Positions 1 through 10,641 of a stretch of 32,000 nt of DNA are shown here, in pieces (position 1 is the first letter of the stretch; each line of letters opens with the position of its first letter). The position numbers and the translations under genes were made by a program. Source of the stretch: Rhodobacter capsulatus SB 1003. GTDB taxonomy: Bacteria; Pseudomonadota; Alphaproteobacteria; Rhodobacterales; Rhodobacteraceae. The DNA lies in the NCBI RefSeq assembly GCF_000021865.1, contig NC_014034.1, positions 3,240,001-3,272,000 on the forward strand, in the 5' to 3' direction. Under the pieces are notes generated by a model. That model saw only the letters and a list, made by a program, of their open reading frames with translations. It searched no databases and was not told where the DNA came from.

Positions 1-920
1 ACCGCAACGCCCATGCCGATCAGGCCGATGCCGACCACCGCGACCGCCTGCACCGGGGCCACCGCGGTCACCAGCGCGCCCAGGCAGCCCAGAACGGCGG
101 ACAGGGCCACCAGACGCGCCTCGCCCAGACGGGCGGCCAGCAGCTGCCCGCCGAACCGCCCCGCCGCCATCGTCAGACCGAGCATCGCCGGGCCAAAGGC
201 GCCCTCGCCCGGGGCCCCGCCCAGATTGCGCTCGATATGCAGCGCCGACCAGGTCTCGGTGGCATTTTCCGCAACGAAAGCGGCGAACAGGATCGCCGCC
301 GCCGCCAGAGCCGCCGCCCAGGGCGTGCGCGCCGCCGCTTTCGCCTCGGTCTCCTCGGCGCTGGCGCCCGCCCGCCGCGCCTCGATCATCGCCGCGGCCA
401 TGGCGACAAGGACAAGCGCCAGCACCGGCTGCACCATCTCGGGGGCAAGGCCCGCCCGCCGCGCCATCCCGGCCAGAAGCGCCGAGACGGCAAAGCCCGC
501 CGAAAACAGCGCATGGTTCCAGTTCATCAAGGGCAGGCCGGTGTCATGCTCCAGCTCGGAGATCCGCACATTCGCCGCCAGATCGAGGCTCGACATCGCC
601 ACGCCCATGACGACCAGCGCCAGCGCCAGCGTCGGGCCCGAGTGGATGAGCAGCGGCATCAGCGCCGCAACGGCCAGAAACGCCCCGGTCAGGGGCAGCA
701 CCCGGACCCCAAGCCAGCGCCCGACCTGCGGCGCCAAGGCCATCGCCGCCATCCCCCCCACCGCCGACCCCAGCAGGAGCACGCCGAAAAGCCCATCCTC
801 GACCCCGGCGCGTGTCTTGAATTCCGGCATCTGCGCCGCGAAGGCGCCCCAGAACACCCCCAGCGCGCAAAGCCCGATCCCCGTCGCCCGGCTGACCCGC
901 GCCACCCTCAGCAATGCCAT
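1..920 (-). CDS. MFS-type multi-pass membrane transporter, N-terminal ~306 codons; the 3' end lies beyond the window edge
   Basis: Absent from the ORF track because no stop falls inside the window. Reverse-strand reading from ATG (918-920) gives [71 protein letters not shown]... and stays open to position 1; I checked that no TTA/CTA/TCA occurs in that phase. The product is a series of ~20-residue hydrophobic segments separated by short Arg/Gly loops, with strong GC3 bias. The + strand ORF 13..1761 over this region is an Arg/Pro/Ala-rich shadow. Confidence 0.6.
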   Translation of the reverse strand, partial: MALLRVARVSRATGIGLCALGVFWGAFAAQMPEFKTRAGVEDGLFGVLLLGSAVGGMAAMALAPQVGRWLGVRVLPLTGAFLAVAALMPLLIHSGPTLALALVVMGVAMSSLDLAANVRISELEHDTGLPLMNWNHALFSAGFAVSALLAGMARRAGLAPEMVQPVLALVLVAMAAAMIEARRAGASAEETEAKAAARTPWAAALAAAAILFAAFVAENATETWSALHIERNLGGAPGEGAFGPAMLGLTMAAGRFGGQLLAARLGEARLVALSAVLGCLGALVTAVAPVQAVAVVGIGLIGMGVA

Positions 921-1161
921 TTCCGCCCCCTCAAACCGCTTTGAAACCGGGTACCACAGCCTGCCGCCCGCGCCCACTCCCCCGGGGGCCAGGATCGGCA
1001 CGGTTTCGCCGGGGCTGTTACCAAAGCGTGATGAAACCCCTGCAAAACAAGGCGCGAATCTGGGCGCGAATCTTCTGGACAAGCGGGGGCTTCCTCTCTA
1101 TCTCCCCCCGTTCATGGGCCCCACCCTTGGAGGGGGCCTCAATTTGCATTGGAGATACCAA

Positions 1162-1761
1162 ATGGCGAAAGAGATCGAAACTCTCGTAGCCGAGGTGCGC
1201 ACGGGGACGGGCAAGGGGGCCGCTCGCGCAGCACGTCGTGAGGGCAAAGTTCCCGGGATCGTTTATGGCGACGGCAAAGAGCCGCTGGCCATCAACCTCG
1301 ACTACAACAAGCTGCTGACCCGCCTGCGCAAGGGCCGGTTCCTGTCGACGCTGTTCAACCTGCACATCGAAGGTCAGGACGACGTCCGCGTGATCTGCCG
1401 CGGCGTGCAGAAAGACGTGGTGAAGGATCTTCCGACCCACATCGACTTCATGCGCACCCACCGCGCCTCGCGCATCAACCTGTTCATCCACGTGAACTTC
1501 GACAACGCCGAAGCCAGCCCTGGCCTGAAGCGTGGCGGCACCCTGACCATCGTGCGTCCGGAAGTCGAACTCGAAGTGCTCGCCGGGGACATTCCGGATC
1601 ACATCACCGTCGACCTGACCGGCCGCAACATCGGTGACGTCATCCACATCAACGACATCCCGCTGCCGGAAGGCTGCAAGCCCACGATCGACCGCAACTT
1701 CGTCGTTGCCAATATCGCGGCGCCCTCGGGTCTCGTCTCGGCCGATCACGCCGAAGAGTGA
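1162..1761 (+). CDS. rplY: 50S ribosomal protein L25 / general stress protein Ctc (long form)
   Basis: In-frame ATG at 1162 inside track ORF 13..1761, preceded by GGAGA (1151-1155). The product [51 protein letters not shown]... is a typical L25/Ctc N-terminus; 199 aa. Confidence 0.95.
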   Translation: MAKEIETLVAEVRTGTGKGAARAARREGKVPGIVYGDGKEPLAINLDYNKLLTRLRKGRFLSTLFNLHIEGQDDVRVICRGVQKDVVKDLPTHIDFMRTHRASRINLFIHVNFDNAEASPGLKRGGTLTIVRPEVELEVLAGDIPDHITVDLTGRNIGDVIHINDIPLPEGCKPTIDRNFVVANIAAPSGLVSADHAEE

Positions 1762-1782
1762 TCCTTTCCGCAAGGAAACGGG

Positions 1783-1809
1783 AAACGCCGGGCCCAGTGC
1801 CCGGCGTTT
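1783..1809 (+). terminator. Rho-independent terminator after rplY
   Basis: AAACGCCGGGC-ccagt-GCCCGGCGTTT, a perfect 11-bp stem ending in TTT, 22 nt after the rplY stop. Confidence 0.6.
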
Positions 1810-1827
1810 CACATTCCGCCTCCGGCG

Positions 1828-1886
1828 GGGATATTTATGGCAAGATAAATCGGCCCCCCTTTATCTTGCCATAAATATCCCGGGGG
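1828..1886. repeat. REP-like intergenic inverted repeat (perfect 22-bp arms, AT-rich), copy 1 of a family also seen at 14720-14774
   Basis: GGGATATTTATGGCAAGATAAA (1828-1849) and its exact reverse complement TTTATCTTGCCATAAATATCCC (1860-1881) are separated by a 10-nt loop. A GC hairpin GCGGGGC-tg-GCCCCCGC follows. It shares the 14-mer AAATATCCCGGGGG (1873-1886) with 14759-14772. Confidence 0.7.
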
Positions 1887-1942
1887 TGCGGGGGCTGGCC
1901 CCCGCCCCTGTCGGGCTTGAGACAGACCACGGGAGAGTCGCG

Positions 1943-2632
1943 ATGCAGCTTTGGGTCGGCCTTGGCAATCCGGGGACGAAATATGCCGCCAACCGGCACA
2001 ATATCGGCTTCATGGCGGTCGATCGCATCGCCGCCGATCACGGTTTCGCCCCCTGGAAGAAGGCGTTTCAGGGCCATGTGAGCGAGGGCCGTTTCGGCTC
2101 GACCCGGGTGATCCTGCTCAAGCCCGAGACCTTCATGAACCTTTCGGGCCAGTCGGTGCGGGCGGCGGCGGATTTCTACAAGATCCCGGTCGAGGCGATC
2201 ACCGTCTTTCACGATGAACTGGATCTGGCGCCGGGCAAGCTGCGGCTGAAACAGGGCGGCGGCCATGCCGGGCACAACGGGTTGCGCTCGATCCACCAGC
2301 ATATGGGCGAGGCCTATGCGCGGGTGCGTCTGGGCATCGGCCATCCCGGCGACAAGGACCGGGTGGCCGGCTATGTGCTCTCCGATTTCGCCAAGGCCGA
2401 GGCGGCCTGGCTGGACGATCTGATGCGCGGCCTCTCCGACGGGGCGGCCGCGCTGGCGGCGGGCGACGGGGCCAAGTTCCTCAACGCCGTGGCGCTGCGC
2501 ACGGCGCCGCCACGATCCTCGACCGGAACCCGACCGGCCGAGCCCCCGGCCCAGGGCGCAAAGACGGCGCCCGCCCCGGAAGACGACAGAAGATCGCCGC
2601 TGGAAAAGCTGGCCGACCGGTTCAAGCGCTGA
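1943..2632 (+). CDS. pth: peptidyl-tRNA hydrolase
   Basis: ATG at 1943 (in frame with track ORF 1634..2632) after GGGAGA (1931-1936). [27 protein letters not shown]...[22 protein letters not shown] is the Pth signature. The Ala/Pro-rich C-terminal tail is common in alphaproteobacteria. Confidence 0.95.
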   Translation: MQLWVGLGNPGTKYAANRHNIGFMAVDRIAADHGFAPWKKAFQGHVSEGRFGSTRVILLKPETFMNLSGQSVRAAADFYKIPVEAITVFHDELDLAPGKLRLKQGGGHAGHNGLRSIHQHMGEAYARVRLGIGHPGDKDRVAGYVLSDFAKAEAAWLDDLMRGLSDGAAALAAGDGAKFLNAVALRTAPPRSSTGTRPAEPPAQGAKTAPAPEDDRRSPLEKLADRFKR

Positions 2633-2641
2633 GCCGCAGGC

Positions 2642-3487
2642 TCAGGCGGGGATCTGGCCCGTCACGCCTCTGCGCTGGCCCTTGCGCGCGGGGGCGGTGC
2701 CGGGGTGCGCCTCGGGATGGGTGCTTTCCGGGCCGGGCTGCGGCACAATCTCCGGCTCCTGCGCGCACATCGACCGGCGGATCGCCTCCATCCGGGCAAG
2801 ATGCTTGGCGAAATGCGCCTCCAGCCCGCCATCCAGCGCGATTTCCCGGCGGATCAGATCGACCGCCGCATCAAAGGGCAGCGCCGCGACCTCGGGCAGA
2901 TGCGCCAGCGTGTCATGCGGATCCAGATCGGCCCAATCGTCGAACATCGAGCCGATGTCGCACAGCATCACCGCGCCGCGGTCGGTCACCACAAGCTCGG
3001 GCCGCTCGAAGAGCAGCCGATACAGCACCGCCTTGGGTCCCGGGTTCACCGCCGTCACCTGCGGCAGCAGGCCCAGCACCTTGGCGGGCACCAGAAGCAG
3101 GGGCTTGCCCAGTTCCCGCGCGGCCAGATCGCTTTGCAGCAGCAGGCATTGCTCGGGCGCGACGAAGCGGTTGCGCGTATTGCCGAAAAGGCCCGCGGGC
3201 AGGCTGAGCGGCCAGAACCGATGCGGCATCGGATGGCGCAGCCGCGCCAGCGCGAACCGCTCGATGCTGAGCACCGGGGCCAGACCGCCGGTAAAGGTGC
3301 GCATCTTCTCGCCCTCGAGGATCGACGACACACGGCGCAACCCGCGTGCGGTCTGCAGCACGGTTTCGCCGTAAAACCCCTGCGCCAGATCGAGAAACTC
3401 GTCCGTGCGCCGCAGGTGCTGCCCCGTCGTCGCCATGCGGTCATCGAAATGGAACACATCGGCGAACGTATTCCGAAACATGGTCAT
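2642..3487 (-). CDS. hypothetical protein, 281 aa, no family recognised; Pro-rich low-complexity C-terminal tail
   Basis: Track ORF 2642..3508. I prefer ATG at 3487 (MTMFRNTFADVFHF...) because GGAGGG sits 7 nt upstream. GC3 bias supports coding. It is convergent with pth, with only 9 bp between the stops. Confidence 0.6.
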   Translation of the reverse strand: MTMFRNTFADVFHFDDRMATTGQHLRRTDEFLDLAQGFYGETVLQTARGLRRVSSILEGEKMRTFTGGLAPVLSIERFALARLRHPMPHRFWPLSLPAGLFGNTRNRFVAPEQCLLLQSDLAARELGKPLLLVPAKVLGLLPQVTAVNPGPKAVLYRLLFERPELVVTDRGAVMLCDIGSMFDDWADLDPHDTLAHLPEVAALPFDAAVDLIRREIALDGGLEAHFAKHLARMEAIRRSMCAQEPEIVPQPGPESTHPEAHPGTAPARKGQRRGVTGQIPA

Positions 3488-3639
3488 CTTGCGCCCTCCA
3501 TCTCCCACCGAGTCCAGTCTGCGATCAGAGTCTTAAGGCGCCGTTGACGAAATCCGAAAAAAGCGGTTCGAAATGCAGATTTGCAACCGGGACTTGCGCG
3601 GGCGCCGGAAAGGACGCCCAGAGCAAGAGACGGCATTGC

Positions 3640-3668
3640 AAAAGACATGCGCCCCGTTCGGGGCGCAT
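3640..3668 (-). terminator. Rho-independent terminator after rpoD
   Basis: On the minus strand: ATGCGCCCC-gaac-GGGGCGCAT followed by GTCTTTTG. A 9-bp perfect stem (3647-3655 / 3660-3668), 19 nt after the rpoD stop. Confidence 0.65.
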
Positions 3669-3686
3669 CTTCAGGGCATCGGGGCC

Positions 3687-5711
<2,025 letters not shown>

Positions 5712-5835
5712 GGGCGCTCCTCGTCGGGCTGCATCGGGGCTGCGCACGGGCTGGCGCGCAGCGGGTCGAATCGGTTCTCGCCGTTTTATCGAATCACGGC
5801 GGCGAATCACAGGGGCGAATCAAAGGGGGAAATTC

Positions 5836-7800
5836 TCATCCGCCGCCGTGCTTGTCGAGCAGGGACTGCAGGAAATCCGACATCGCGGCCCGGTCCTCGC
5901 CCAGATCTCCCGTGTCTTCAAGTTTCGACTTTCCGGCACGGTGAAAGGCTTTCGTCGCTTGGCTGATCCGCCAGGTCACGCCCTCGTCGGCCAGGCCTTC
6001 AAGAGCTTCCGCGGCTTCTTCGGTTTCTGCCCGCACCGCCCGCGTCGCCTGCAACTTGGCCAGTTCCTCGGCCAGACACATGCGGGCAAAGTCACTGTCG
6101 TCCCGGCGCAGCACCGGAGGGGCCGAGCGCACATGGGGATGGCGCATCAGGGTTTCAAGCACCCCCGGATTTTCGCGCGCCAAAGCCTCGGCCAGCGCCC
6201 CGGCGGGCCGGTCGGCCTGCATCAGCATCGTGTCGCGCAGCGCGCCAAGGCCGGGATCGGACAGCCGCAACCGCTCGATCTGGCTTTCGAATTCGGCGAC
6301 CAGCACGGGATGGGCGCAAAGGATCGCCACGATCATCGTCTCGCGCAGCTGTTCGGCCACCGCTTCGCTGCCCGCCGAGGCCAGAAGCGAGGCCCTCGTG
6401 GCCGAGAGCGGCAGCGCCTGCGGCTTCGCGCCGCGCCCGCCCGCCCCCGGGCCGCGCGGCCCCGGGCTGAACGCCCCCTGCGGCATCGTCCAGCGCGGCG
6501 CCTGCCCGCCGCGGGACAGGCCGAACAGCTCTTCGCGCAGCCGCTTGATATCCTCGCCGTAATGCGTGCGGATCGAGGGATCGGCGATCTTCTTCAGCGC
6601 CGCGCGCAGGCTCTTGTCGAGCGCGGCCTTGCGTTCGGGGCTGTCAAAGACCTTGCCCTCGGTTTCGCGCTGCCAGAGCAGATCGACCATCGGCTTGGCG
6701 CTGGCCAGAACCCGCTCCATCGCCTCGCGGCCCTCGGCCTTGATCAGATCGTCGGGGTCCTGCCCGCCGGGCAGGATGGCAAAGCGCAGCGCCTTGCCCG
6801 CCTCCAGCAGCGGCAAGGCCAGATCGACGAGCCGCAGCCCCGCCCGCAGCCCGGCCGCATCGCCATCCAGCGCGATCACCGGCTCGTCGGCGATGCGCCA
6901 CATCAGTTTCAGCTGATCCTCGGTGATCGCCGTGCCCAGAGGCGCGACGGCGCCGGTGAAGCCCGCCTCGACCAGCGCGATCACATCGACATAGCCCTCG
7001 GCCACGATCAGGGGCTTGCCCTTGCCACAGGCCTCGCGCGCGGGGCCAAGGTTGTAAAGATTGCGGCCCTTGTCGAACAGCTCGGTTTCCGGCCCGTTGA
7101 GGTATTTCGCCCGGGCATTCGGGTCCATCGCCCGCCCGCCCAAGGAAATCGCCCGCCCCCGCGCGTCGCGGATGGGAAAGATGATCCGGCCGCGAAAGCG
7201 GTCATAGGGGGTGCCGCCTTCGTCGGGGCGGATGCACAGCCCCGCATCGACGATCAGGTCGGGGGCGATGCCTTTGCCGGTCAGGGCCTGGAACAGGCCG
7301 TTGCGGCTGTCGGGGGCGAAACCGATCTCGAAGCGTTCGAGCGCCGAGGCCCCCAGCCGCCTGCGCGCCAGATAATCCCGCGCCGCCGCCCCCGCCTGGG
7401 TGTTCAGCTGCAGCCGGAAATACTTCACCGCCTCTTCCATCACCCGCACCAATTCGGTGCGCCGGTCCGCCTTTTGCGCCGCCTGCGGATCGCGGGCGGG
7501 CATCACCATGCCCGCTTCGCGCGCCAGGATCTCCACCGCCTCGACGAACCCGACATTCTCGGTTTCCTTGACGAAGCTCACCGCGTCGCCCTTGGCGTGA
7601 CAGCCGAAGCAGTAATAGAACCCCTTGCGGTCATCGACATGGAACGAGGCCGACTTTTCGGTGTGAAACGGACAGGGCGCCCAGAAATCGCCCTTGGCGC
7701 GGTTCGACTTGCGCGGATCCCAGATCACCTTGCGCCCGACCACCTGCGACAGCGGCAGGCGGTTGCGCAACTCGTCAAGGAATCCGGGCGGCAGGGACAT
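5836..7800 (-). CDS. dnaG: DNA primase
   Basis: 654 aa. Zinc-ribbon motif CPFHTEKSASFHV...YYCFGCHAKGD; TOPRIM region with LIVAEGYVDVIAL and DGDAAG. It lies upstream of rpoD in the usual dnaG-rpoD order. Confidence 0.95.
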   Translation of the reverse strand: MSLPPGFLDELRNRLPLSQVVGRKVIWDPRKSNRAKGDFWAPCPFHTEKSASFHVDDRKGFYYCFGCHAKGDAVSFVKETENVGFVEAVEILAREAGMVMPARDPQAAQKADRRTELVRVMEEAVKYFRLQLNTQAGAAARDYLARRRLGASALERFEIGFAPDSRNGLFQALTGKGIAPDLIVDAGLCIRPDEGGTPYDRFRGRIIFPIRDARGRAISLGGRAMDPNARAKYLNGPETELFDKGRNLYNLGPAREACGKGKPLIVAEGYVDVIALVEAGFTGAVAPLGTAITEDQLKLMWRIADEPVIALDGDAAGLRAGLRLVDLALPLLEAGKALRFAILPGGQDPDDLIKAEGREAMERVLASAKPMVDLLWQRETEGKVFDSPERKAALDKSLRAALKKIADPSIRTHYGEDIKRLREELFGLSRGGQAPRWTMPQGAFSPGPRGPGAGGRGAKPQALPLSATRASLLASAGSEAVAEQLRETMIVAILCAHPVLVAEFESQIERLRLSDPGLGALRDTMLMQADRPAGALAEALARENPGVLETLMRHPHVRSAPPVLRRDDSDFARMCLAEELAKLQATRAVRAETEEAAEALEGLADEGVTWRISQATKAFHRAGKSKLEDTGDLGEDRAAMSDFLQSLLDKHGGG

Positions 7801-8097
7801 GGAACCTATATCGGGATTTGAAGCGCCGGAGTCGAGAGGCCCAAGGGCGAATCGCTACGCCGAAAAGATTAACATCCCTCTAACATCGCCGCGAAAAGCG
7901 AAGATTTCGCAAGCCATTGTCCCAAGGCGCCGAACACCCGCCCGCGCATTGGCAGAGTGTCGCAAATCCCTGCACAATCAACATCCTGCGCCACCGATGC
8001 GCCACATTTCCGCCCCGATCCGGCGCAAGAAGAAAGATGGAACAGTCCGGACCCCGGCGAGTCGGGGCCGGGCCGCGCACCGGATCGGAGACACGCG

Positions 8098-10041
8098 ATG
8101 GAACTGGGCAGTCGGGACGGGAAGGCTCGGGGCGAGAAGGCCCGGGGCGGCGGGATGCTGCACCGGCTGCTGCGCAACGAGGATGGCGCCCTGATCATCC
8201 TGTCGCTGCAGGTCTTTCTGGTCATGCTGATCACCACCGGGATCGCGATCGATCTGGTCCGGGTCGAGGAACGCCGCACGCTGATCCAGAACACCATCGA
8301 CCGCGCCGTGCTGGCCGCCGCCTCGCTGACGCAAAAACGCGACCCGACGCTGGTGGTGAAGGATTATCTGACCAAGGCCGGGCTGGGCTACATTGCCAGC
8401 GATTCCTCGTTCACGCCGAAGGTCGAGGGCAGCATCGCGCTGGGATGGCGGCGCGTCAGCGTCGAGGTGGACGACGACATGCCGACAATCTTCGGGCCGC
8501 TTCTGGGCGTGTCCAGCCTTGCCGCCACCGGCGACACCACGGCGATGCAGGCCGTCGGCAACGTCGAGATCTCGCTTGTGCTCGACCTCTCGGGGTCGAT
8601 GACGGAATATGTCAAGGACAACCCGAGCTGCACCAAGAACTGCACGTCGTCGAAGACCCGGTTCCAGTATTTGCAGGTCGCGGCGAAAAGCTTCATCAAC
8701 ACGGTCTTCGCCTCGTCGGGCAGCGGCGTGGCCGCCGGGCGCACCAGTGTCAGCGTCGTGCCCTATTCCACGAACGTCTATCTGGGCTCGGAAATGCAGG
8801 AAGGCTACACTCTGTCGAGTGATTTCAGCGTCACCGGATCCAGCTTTGCGATGCCGCAATGCGCCGATTTCGTGGCCAACGACTACAACACGATGGTCAT
8901 CGACGGCACCGGGCCGCTGACCCGGACGATGTATGGAAGTTCCTACAAATATTCCGACAGCCTGTCCGCGCTCGTCAGCGACGGTTCGACCTCGAACAAT
9001 CCGGGACAGGACTGGCACAACTGCATGAACACCCCGCAGAACCGGGTGATCCCGCTCTCCAGCGACCCGACCTTCCTGGCCGCCGACAAAACCGGCTTCA
9101 TCGACAAGCTGACTGCCGGCGGCTGGACCTCGATCGACGTCGGCGCGAAATGGGGCCTGGCGCTGCTCGACCCGTCGGCGCGCGACGAAGTGGCCAAGAT
9201 GACCTCGGTCAGCAGCGCATTCCGGGAAACCAAGCCGCGCCCGATCAATTACGACGGCGACACGATGAAGGTGCTGGTGCTGATGACCGACGGCGCAAAC
9301 ACCACCAACTTCTCGACCTTGCCGGGCTATCGCACCGGGCCCTCGGGGATCATGTCGACCCTCGGGGTCGACAGCCTCGGCAGCTTCGGCCCCTCTGCCA
9401 CGACGGCAAGCGGGATCTACTATTACGACGCCACGCGCAGCAGCACCCCCTATTACAAATACGAGACCGGCACCTGGGTCGCGCGCAGCGCGATCACCCA
9501 GACCACCCAGGAGCAGCAGGTCCAGACCGCGACCTGCACGCAGTACAAGAACTCCTGGGGGCAATGGAAATGGAACAGCTGTTCGGTCGGAACCAGCGAC
9601 TGCACGCTGATCAGCTCCACCACCAGCCTGAAAACCTATACCTGCAAGAAGACCACCACCGTCAACGTCACCACCGAAGCGCCGCTTTATGACGTGAGCT
9701 ATGATCATCTCTACAAGACGAAGAACTGGAACCTGAACACGGTGGCGGGGCTTCTTGGCAAACCCTATGGCCGCAGCGCCGGGACGCAATACGAGCTGAT
9801 GGCGAATGCCGTCTACGACACCAGCGTCAAGGATGCGCGCACGAAGAAGCTTTGCGACCTGGCGAAGAGCAAGGGGATCTACATCTTTTCCGTCGCCGCC
9901 GACGCCCCGAGTGGGGGCAAGACGCTGCTCAAATACTGCTCGAGCGGCACCAGCTATTACTACGAGGTGCAGGGCAGCAATCTCTCGACCGCCTTCGCCT
10001 CGATCGCGGCCTCGATCTCCTCCTTGCGGCTGACGAACTGA
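8098..10041 (+). CDS. TadG-like pilus-associated protein with a von Willebrand factor A (vWA) domain carrying large insertions
   Basis: Track ORF 7957..10041. Start taken at ATG 8098 (GGAGA 6 nt upstream); ATG 8155 is an alternative. The N-terminus LLRNEDGALIILSLQVFLVMLITTGIAIDLVRVEERRTLIQNTIDRAVLAAAS is the TadG/Tad N-terminal helix pattern. The MIDAS motif DLSGSM lies at 8584-8601; VLVLMTDGANT and the closing strand IYIFSVAADAP complete a vWA fold. Confidence 0.8.
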   Translation: MELGSRDGKARGEKARGGGMLHRLLRNEDGALIILSLQVFLVMLITTGIAIDLVRVEERRTLIQNTIDRAVLAAASLTQKRDPTLVVKDYLTKAGLGYIASDSSFTPKVEGSIALGWRRVSVEVDDDMPTIFGPLLGVSSLAATGDTTAMQAVGNVEISLVLDLSGSMTEYVKDNPSCTKNCTSSKTRFQYLQVAAKSFINTVFASSGSGVAAGRTSVSVVPYSTNVYLGSEMQEGYTLSSDFSVTGSSFAMPQCADFVANDYNTMVIDGTGPLTRTMYGSSYKYSDSLSALVSDGSTSNNPGQDWHNCMNTPQNRVIPLSSDPTFLAADKTGFIDKLTAGGWTSIDVGAKWGLALLDPSARDEVAKMTSVSSAFRETKPRPINYDGDTMKVLVLMTDGANTTNFSTLPGYRTGPSGIMSTLGVDSLGSFGPSATTASGIYYYDATRSSTPYYKYETGTWVARSAITQTTQEQQVQTATCTQYKNSWGQWKWNSCSVGTSDCTLISSTTSLKTYTCKKTTTVNVTTEAPLYDVSYDHLYKTKNWNLNTVAGLLGKPYGRSAGTQYELMANAVYDTSVKDARTKKLCDLAKSKGIYIFSVAADAPSGGKTLLKYCSSGTSYYYEVQGSNLSTAFASIAASISSLRLTN

Positions 10042-10049
10042 GACCTGCG

Positions 10050-10604
10050 ATGAAGCGGCTGCGCATCCCCTTTCGCCTCCTCCTCCGGCTCGGCCGCCGG
10101 CTGCGCTCCGAAGAGGGTGCGGCCTCGGTCCCGGCGGTGTTCTGGATGCCGTTCTTCGTGATGATGATGGTGGCCTCGGTCGAGATGTGCCTTCTGGGGA
10201 TCAAGCAGACCCTGCTGGATCGCGGCGTCGACCTGACCACGCGCATCCTGCGGCTGGGCGTGGCCGAGATGCCCAGCCACGAAGAGCTCAAGCGGTCGAT
10301 CTGCGGCAATATCGCCTTCCTGCCCGATTGCATGACCGATCTTGCCGTCGAGGTGTTCCAGGTCGACCGGGCCACCTGGTCCTCGGACATCAACGGCCGG
10401 GGCGTGCTCTGTTCCGATGCGATCACCGAAACCGAAACGCCGGTCATTCAGCCCGGCGTCTCGGGGCAGCTGATGATCCTGCGCGCCTGCCTGCGCGTCT
10501 CGCCGATGGAGAAGCTCAACCCGCTGTCACAGGCCATCGCCCACGAAAGCGGCGACAAATACGTCCTGATCACCACCACCGCCTTCGTCAATGAACCGGA
10601 GTAG
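10050..10604 (+). CDS. TadE-like (pseudopilin-like) protein
   Basis: ATG 10050 in frame with track ORF 9852..10604, 8 nt after the upstream stop. A basic leader is followed by EEG/AASVPAVFWMPFFVMMMVASVEMCLLG, which resembles the TadE/TadF class-III signal plus hydrophobic helix. Position +5 is Pro rather than the usual Glu. Confidence 0.65.
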   Translation: MKRLRIPFRLLLRLGRRLRSEEGAASVPAVFWMPFFVMMMVASVEMCLLGIKQTLLDRGVDLTTRILRLGVAEMPSHEELKRSICGNIAFLPDCMTDLAVEVFQVDRATWSSDINGRGVLCSDAITETETPVIQPGVSGQLMILRACLRVSPMEKLNPLSQAIAHESGDKYVLITTTAFVNEPE

Positions 10605-10641
10605 CGCCACCATGACCGCAAGCTTCGGGGAGGGTCCGGCC

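Noticed and set aside
13-1761. 582-aa + strand ORF spanning the first 1.7 kb
   Set aside because: Only its last 199 codons (from ATG 1162) are L25. The upstream part is Arg/Pro/Ala/Thr-rich with no membrane or domain logic, and it is the shadow of the minus-strand transporter gene (1-920).
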